Below the pieces are notes generated by a model. That model saw nothing but the letters and a program-made list of their open reading frames with translations. It was not told where the DNA came from and did no database searches. A DNA stretch of 64,000 nucleotides from Nitrospirota bacterium (GTDB taxonomy: Bacteria; Nitrospirota; Nitrospiria; Nitrospirales; Nitrospiraceae). A program made the position numbers and the translations under genes. The stretch spans positions 1 through 64,000 of the forward strand of contig CAVPGK010000001.1 in NCBI GenBank assembly GCA_963703955.1. The letters are read 5' to 3'. Of the stretch, positions 60,054-64,000 are shown in pieces (the stretch's first letter is position 1; the number at the start of each line of letters is the position of its first letter).

Positions 60054-61033
60054 CGGCGCAGGCGCAACAGTCCGCCGGAGGCACACCTCGACCTTCGCCA
60101 CGGGTGAGCGTCGTAATCCCGCTTTACAATTGTGAAAAACACATCGGCGAGACGATCGAAGGGGTGCTCGCGCAGACGTTTCGCGATTTTGAGATCGTCG
60201 TGGTCGATGACGGATCAACCGACGGCTCCGCCGCCATTGCTCGGAGCTATGGCGATGCCGTTCGCTATGCGTATCAGCAGAATTCCGGGGTTTCCGCAGC
60301 CACCAATCGAGGGGTCGCGCTCGCGAGGGGCGAGCTCATTGCATTCTTGGATAACGATGATGTCTGGCTGCCTGAGAAGCTTGAACGACAGATAGCCTTC
60401 CTCCACACGCATCCTCACTGCGGTCTGGTGAACTGTGACATGCAGTACATCTCCGAGTCCGGGATCAGACTGGATCGCTATCTTCGAGGAGTCAACCCCG
60501 ATGAACCCTATGTGCGTCTCTTTCAAAGGGGCTTTGTCATCATGTGCTCGGCTGTCATGATTCGGCGGTGGGTGTTTGAGCAGACGGGAGGGTTCGACGA
60601 ATCCTTTGTCGCAGCCGGCCTTCAAGAAATGGAGTGGATGTCTCGCGTCGTAGATTGTGTTGAAGTCGGGTGCCTCCCGGAAACCCTGGTGCTGTATCGA
60701 GATCACGGTTCGAGAATTGCGCGTGAACCGGCGACATGGAATGAGGGGCGCTATTTAGCCCGACTATGGGAGCGGCACCACATGGACCCGGAAAAACGGC
60801 ACTTTCTCGCCGGTGAACGCGTTGCGTTCCTGTCGAACCTCGGTCACAATGAGGTTCGCGCCGGTCGGGTCGTGGAGGGTCGAAAGCATTTACGCGAATC
60901 GCTCGCGCTGAGTCGGCGTCATCTGGTCAACCCGAAAATGGTCATGCGGTCGCTACTTCGATTGGCTCGCTCGTATATCAGACCTTATGTGAAGAAGGTC
61001 GGACATATTGCCCAGACTGGGAGCATGAAATGA
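60050..61033 (+). CDS. GT2 glycosyltransferase
   Basis: VSVVIPLYN, DDGSTD, FLDNDD. Confidence 0.9.
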   Translation: MTAQAQQSAGGTPRPSPRVSVVIPLYNCEKHIGETIEGVLAQTFRDFEIVVVDDGSTDGSAAIARSYGDAVRYAYQQNSGVSAATNRGVALARGELIAFLDNDDVWLPEKLERQIAFLHTHPHCGLVNCDMQYISESGIRLDRYLRGVNPDEPYVRLFQRGFVIMCSAVMIRRWVFEQTGGFDESFVAAGLQEMEWMSRVVDCVEVGCLPETLVLYRDHGSRIAREPATWNEGRYLARLWERHHMDPEKRHFLAGERVAFLSNLGHNEVRAGRVVEGRKHLRESLALSRRHLVNPKMVMRSLLRLARSYIRPYVKKVGHIAQTGSMK

Positions 61034-61881
61034 AGCCGAGTTTGGCGTCTCCCCAACGGACGCCCGAGGATCTCTATCTCGACCTCCTCAAAAAGTGTCT
61101 GACCCGTTACGAATTCGGGGAGCAGTTTGAGCTCTATGGGCCTCAAAGAGGGAGCTTGAAGCGAGCTCTGTTCCACCCTATTCGCCGCTTGCTTGCTTCT
61201 TTACAATTGGCGCTTGTCCGGAAAAAGTCCTTTGATCCACAGGCGCGTGCCGAGGGCCGTGATTGGCCGCTGGAAGCTGAGACCATGATTGGTCTGAAGC
61301 GACTCGACAATCTCCAATCCTGCATCACAGGTCTTTTGCGTCGGCAAGTGCCCGGCGATCTCATTGAAACCGGCGTCTGGCGCGGGGGCGCATCAATTTT
61401 CATGCGAGCGGTTCTCAAGGCTTATGGTGACACCGCGCGAACGGTGTGGGTTGCCGATTCATTTCAAGGTCTTCCCCCACCTGATCCCGATCGGTATCCC
61501 GCGGATGCCGGAGATCGACTCTGGACCTTCACACAACTTGCGATTCCTCTGGAGCAGGTGAAAGCCAACTTCGCGAAGTATGGGCTCTTGGATGATCAAG
61601 TCCGTTTTCTCGTCGGGTGGTTTCGTGAGACGCTTCCACACGTTCCCGCTGACCGGTTTGCCCTTCTGCGTTTGGATGGCGATCTGTATGAGTCCACGAT
61701 AGATGCGCTGCGGAATCTGTTTCCCAAGCTGTCAGTTGGGGGGTATGTCGTGGTCGATGACTATGGAGCGATCCCGGCTTGCAAGGCGGCCGTTGACGAC
61801 TTCCGGGCTCAACACAACATCACTGATAAGATCGAGCACATTGATTGGACAGGAGTATTTTGGCAGCGCTCCACACCATAA
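61030..61881 (+). CDS. TylF/MycF (macrocin-type) sugar O-methyltransferase
   Basis: TMIG..RL, ETGVWRGG, DSFQGLP, GWF.ETL, RLDGDLYEST, DDY. Confidence 0.92.
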   Translation: MKPSLASPQRTPEDLYLDLLKKCLTRYEFGEQFELYGPQRGSLKRALFHPIRRLLASLQLALVRKKSFDPQARAEGRDWPLEAETMIGLKRLDNLQSCITGLLRRQVPGDLIETGVWRGGASIFMRAVLKAYGDTARTVWVADSFQGLPPPDPDRYPADAGDRLWTFTQLAIPLEQVKANFAKYGLLDDQVRFLVGWFRETLPHVPADRFALLRLDGDLYESTIDALRNLFPKLSVGGYVVVDDYGAIPACKAAVDDFRAQHNITDKIEHIDWTGVFWQRSTP

Positions 61882-61911
61882 CGTCGGTATGAACCATAGT
61901 AACGGATGTCC

Positions 61912-62610
61912 ATGAAGCCAAAAGACCTTTTCCGCCGACTCCGGTACTGGAAGCAACAGTGGATTGTGCGACAATTCGCTCAACTGTATTACGGATCGCC
62001 GCTTCGCGAAGACCTCAGCAAGGGAACCACGTGGCGAGATGGCATCACCACATGGCTGGGGGTGCCATGTGAGAAATGTCCGCTCGATCTCTGGATTTAC
62101 CAGGAATTGATCGTACGTACCAAGCCCGATGTCATCGTCGAATGTGGGGTCAACTATGGAGGGAGTACTCTCTATTATGCCTCCCTTCTGGATCTGGTAA
62201 AGCAGGGAGAAATCATCGGAATCGACATCACCTTCCGGCATGTGTATCCTCAGGTCAAAGGGCATCCTCGCGTCTCTCTGCATGAGCGGAGTTCGACCGA
62301 TCCGGCTATCGTGGACCTCGTCAAACAACGCGTGTCCGGCCGGCGGACGATGGTCATCTTGGACTCCGATCACAGTTTGGCGCATGTGCGGGAAGAATTG
62401 ACGTGCTACGCCGATCTCGTGACGCCGGGGTGCTATCTCGTGGTTGAGGATACGAACGTGAACGGCCATCCGGTTTTCCCGGAGCATGGAGCAGGCCCTT
62501 TTGAGGCGGTAGAGGAATTTTTGAGCACACGAAAAGATTTCATGATCGACCGGGACCAGCACAAATATCTGATGACCTTCCAGCCCAATGGCTATCTCAA
62601 ACGGCTTTGA
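61912..62610 (+). CDS. CmcI/rhamnosyl O-methyltransferase family protein
   Basis: WLG....K.P.DLW.YQE, E.G...GGS, ILDSDH...HV, VVEDT, PNGYL. Confidence 0.88.
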   Translation: MKPKDLFRRLRYWKQQWIVRQFAQLYYGSPLREDLSKGTTWRDGITTWLGVPCEKCPLDLWIYQELIVRTKPDVIVECGVNYGGSTLYYASLLDLVKQGEIIGIDITFRHVYPQVKGHPRVSLHERSSTDPAIVDLVKQRVSGRRTMVILDSDHSLAHVREELTCYADLVTPGCYLVVEDTNVNGHPVFPEHGAGPFEAVEEFLSTRKDFMIDRDQHKYLMTFQPNGYLKRL

Positions 62611-63532
62611 CGGATCGTCACATGCGACGATCATTCCCGCTGTCAGTGTCATCATTCCGCTGTACAACGCGCGCCGGGTCATTCGAGAAACAGTCGAGAG
62701 CGTGCTGCATCAGACATGGACGGACTATGAGATCGTTGTCGTGGATGATGGATCTACGGACGGATCGTCCCAAATAATTCGGCAATTTGAGAAGAATCTT
62801 CGATATGTGCGGCAGGACAACGGCGGTGTGGCCAAGGCGCGCAATCGTGGCATTGCTGAATCGAAAGGCCGGTATGTCGCGTTGCTGGACCATGACGACC
62901 TGTGGCATTCCACAAAACTTCAGAAGCAGGTGACGGTATTGGAGCACCGCCCTGAAGTCGGGTTGGTGGTGACCGATGTCGCCCACATTGATCGCACAGG
63001 GCGGCCCATGGAGATCGTCGGTCCGGGGTATAATCCCTCCGAGATTTTTGCCAGGCTCTTCGTGCGTGGCTACGTTCCGACGCCGTCGGCAGCGATGATT
63101 CGCCGGGCAGTCTTCGATGCGGTGGGAGGATTTGACGAGACCTTCCATTCCGCCGGCCTGGACGATCATGAATTCTGGACCCGAGTCGCCGCCCATTGCG
63201 ATATCGCCAGCATCCCCGAAGCGCTGACCTTTCACCGGAATCTGACGACCAAGCCACCGCACATCGCTCTTGAGCATCGTGCCTTGCTCATCTCGACACT
63301 TATGAAACGGTTCGGGACGGATCCGAAAAAACGGCAATATCTCTTGCGGGAACATGCTTCGTATTGTGCCGACCAGGGCAAGCAACTCATCCGCAATGGG
63401 CATCGCCGGGAAGGTCGAACACATCTGATTCACGGATTGTTCTTGAGTCTCGGTGAGGCGCGGAGTCCGAAGACGGCTTGGCGGTGCTTGTCCAGAATCG
63501 CCAAGTCCTATGTGAGGTCGGGCTCACTGTGA
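62588..63532 (+). CDS. GT2 glycosyltransferase (start uncertain)
   Basis: VSVIIPLYN, DDGSTD, LDHDD. Confidence 0.88.
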   Translation: MAISNGFDGSSHATIIPAVSVIIPLYNARRVIRETVESVLHQTWTDYEIVVVDDGSTDGSSQIIRQFEKNLRYVRQDNGGVAKARNRGIAESKGRYVALLDHDDLWHSTKLQKQVTVLEHRPEVGLVVTDVAHIDRTGRPMEIVGPGYNPSEIFARLFVRGYVPTPSAAMIRRAVFDAVGGFDETFHSAGLDDHEFWTRVAAHCDIASIPEALTFHRNLTTKPPHIALEHRALLISTLMKRFGTDPKKRQYLLREHASYCADQGKQLIRNGHRREGRTHLIHGLFLSLGEARSPKTAWRCLSRIAKSYVRSGSL

Positions 63533-64000
63533 TCGAACAGGCAGACACAGGGCCAGTCAATCAGTGTCCTGTGACCGAGGCCAACGGATTCCCGTACAAG
63601 GCAGAATTGGTTCTTCCTCTGCTTGTCGCGGTATCGTGCGCGATCGGCGCCGTTGTCGCATTGGCGACGGCGTGTGATGTCGCTGTCTTCGTGTTGGGGG
63701 CTCGCCCGGCAACGAAGCTTGCCGATCCTCCACGAATCTCAAAACTCATTCTTGTATTCCTAATCTTCCTGAGCCTAGGCCTGTTTCTTGGGACAGCGGC
63801 CTGGCGCACTTGGCAGCGCGCTTCCGTGCAACGGATGATTGCTTCGACGTGGTCGATGAGTTTCACGCTTCTCTGGAGCCTGCTCGTCCTGTATGTAGTA
63901 TTGCTGTATTATCCGCTCCCATACCACTCCCATCATATCGACAAGCTACTACTCGCCAGCGTCGTGATCCTTCTCTGGAGTGTCACCTTCATTCTGCGGC
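63529..64000 (+). CDS. Polytopic membrane protein, 3' end runs off the window
   Basis: GTGA overlap with the previous stop; open frame with several hydrophobic segments. Confidence 0.55.
   Translation, partial: MIEQADTGPVNQCPVTEANGFPYKAELVLPLLVAVSCAIGAVVALATACDVAVFVLGARPATKLADPPRISKLILVFLIFLSLGLFLGTAAWRTWQRASVQRMIASTWSMSFTLLWSLLVLYVVLLYYPLPYHSHHIDKLLLASVVILLWSVTFILR

Overview
The window joins two unrelated pieces of DNA at ~9418. The left part (1-~9418) is very GC-rich and indel-rich; by gene style it resembles Ca. Rokubacteria (inference). It holds a partial ATP-grasp gene, an IS21 remnant, a HAD hydrolase, a solo Cas4/AddB-like PD-(D/E)XK nuclease and an operon of dienelactone hydrolase, tautomerase, lactonase and Liv-type ABC genes. 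That operon breaks inside livF and continues in frame into a 5'-truncated trmD, most likely an assembly chimera. The right part (~9419-64000) is moderate-GC and Nitrospira-like (inference from gene content). It holds trmD-rplS-rnhB-yraN-ftsEX-envC-ctpA, thiSGE, a Pup-proteasome cluster (arc-dop-prcB-prcA-pafA) with no pup gene, a lone integron cassette encoding a restriction-endonuclease-fold protein with no integrase in view, HD hydrolase/DUF2062/thiL/lon/galU, and a ~28 kb bamA-lipid A-LPS glycosylation cluster. That cluster contains a DUF374 (LpxJ-like) gene split at an A9G slippery site. Intergenic spaces carry at least three repeat systems: a TIR-bounded MITE with a co-varying hairpin, a REP/REPIN-like TCTYGG-loop family, and 6/7-nt periodic inverted hairpins at many gene boundaries. 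All calls come from motif reading only; no database searches were run.
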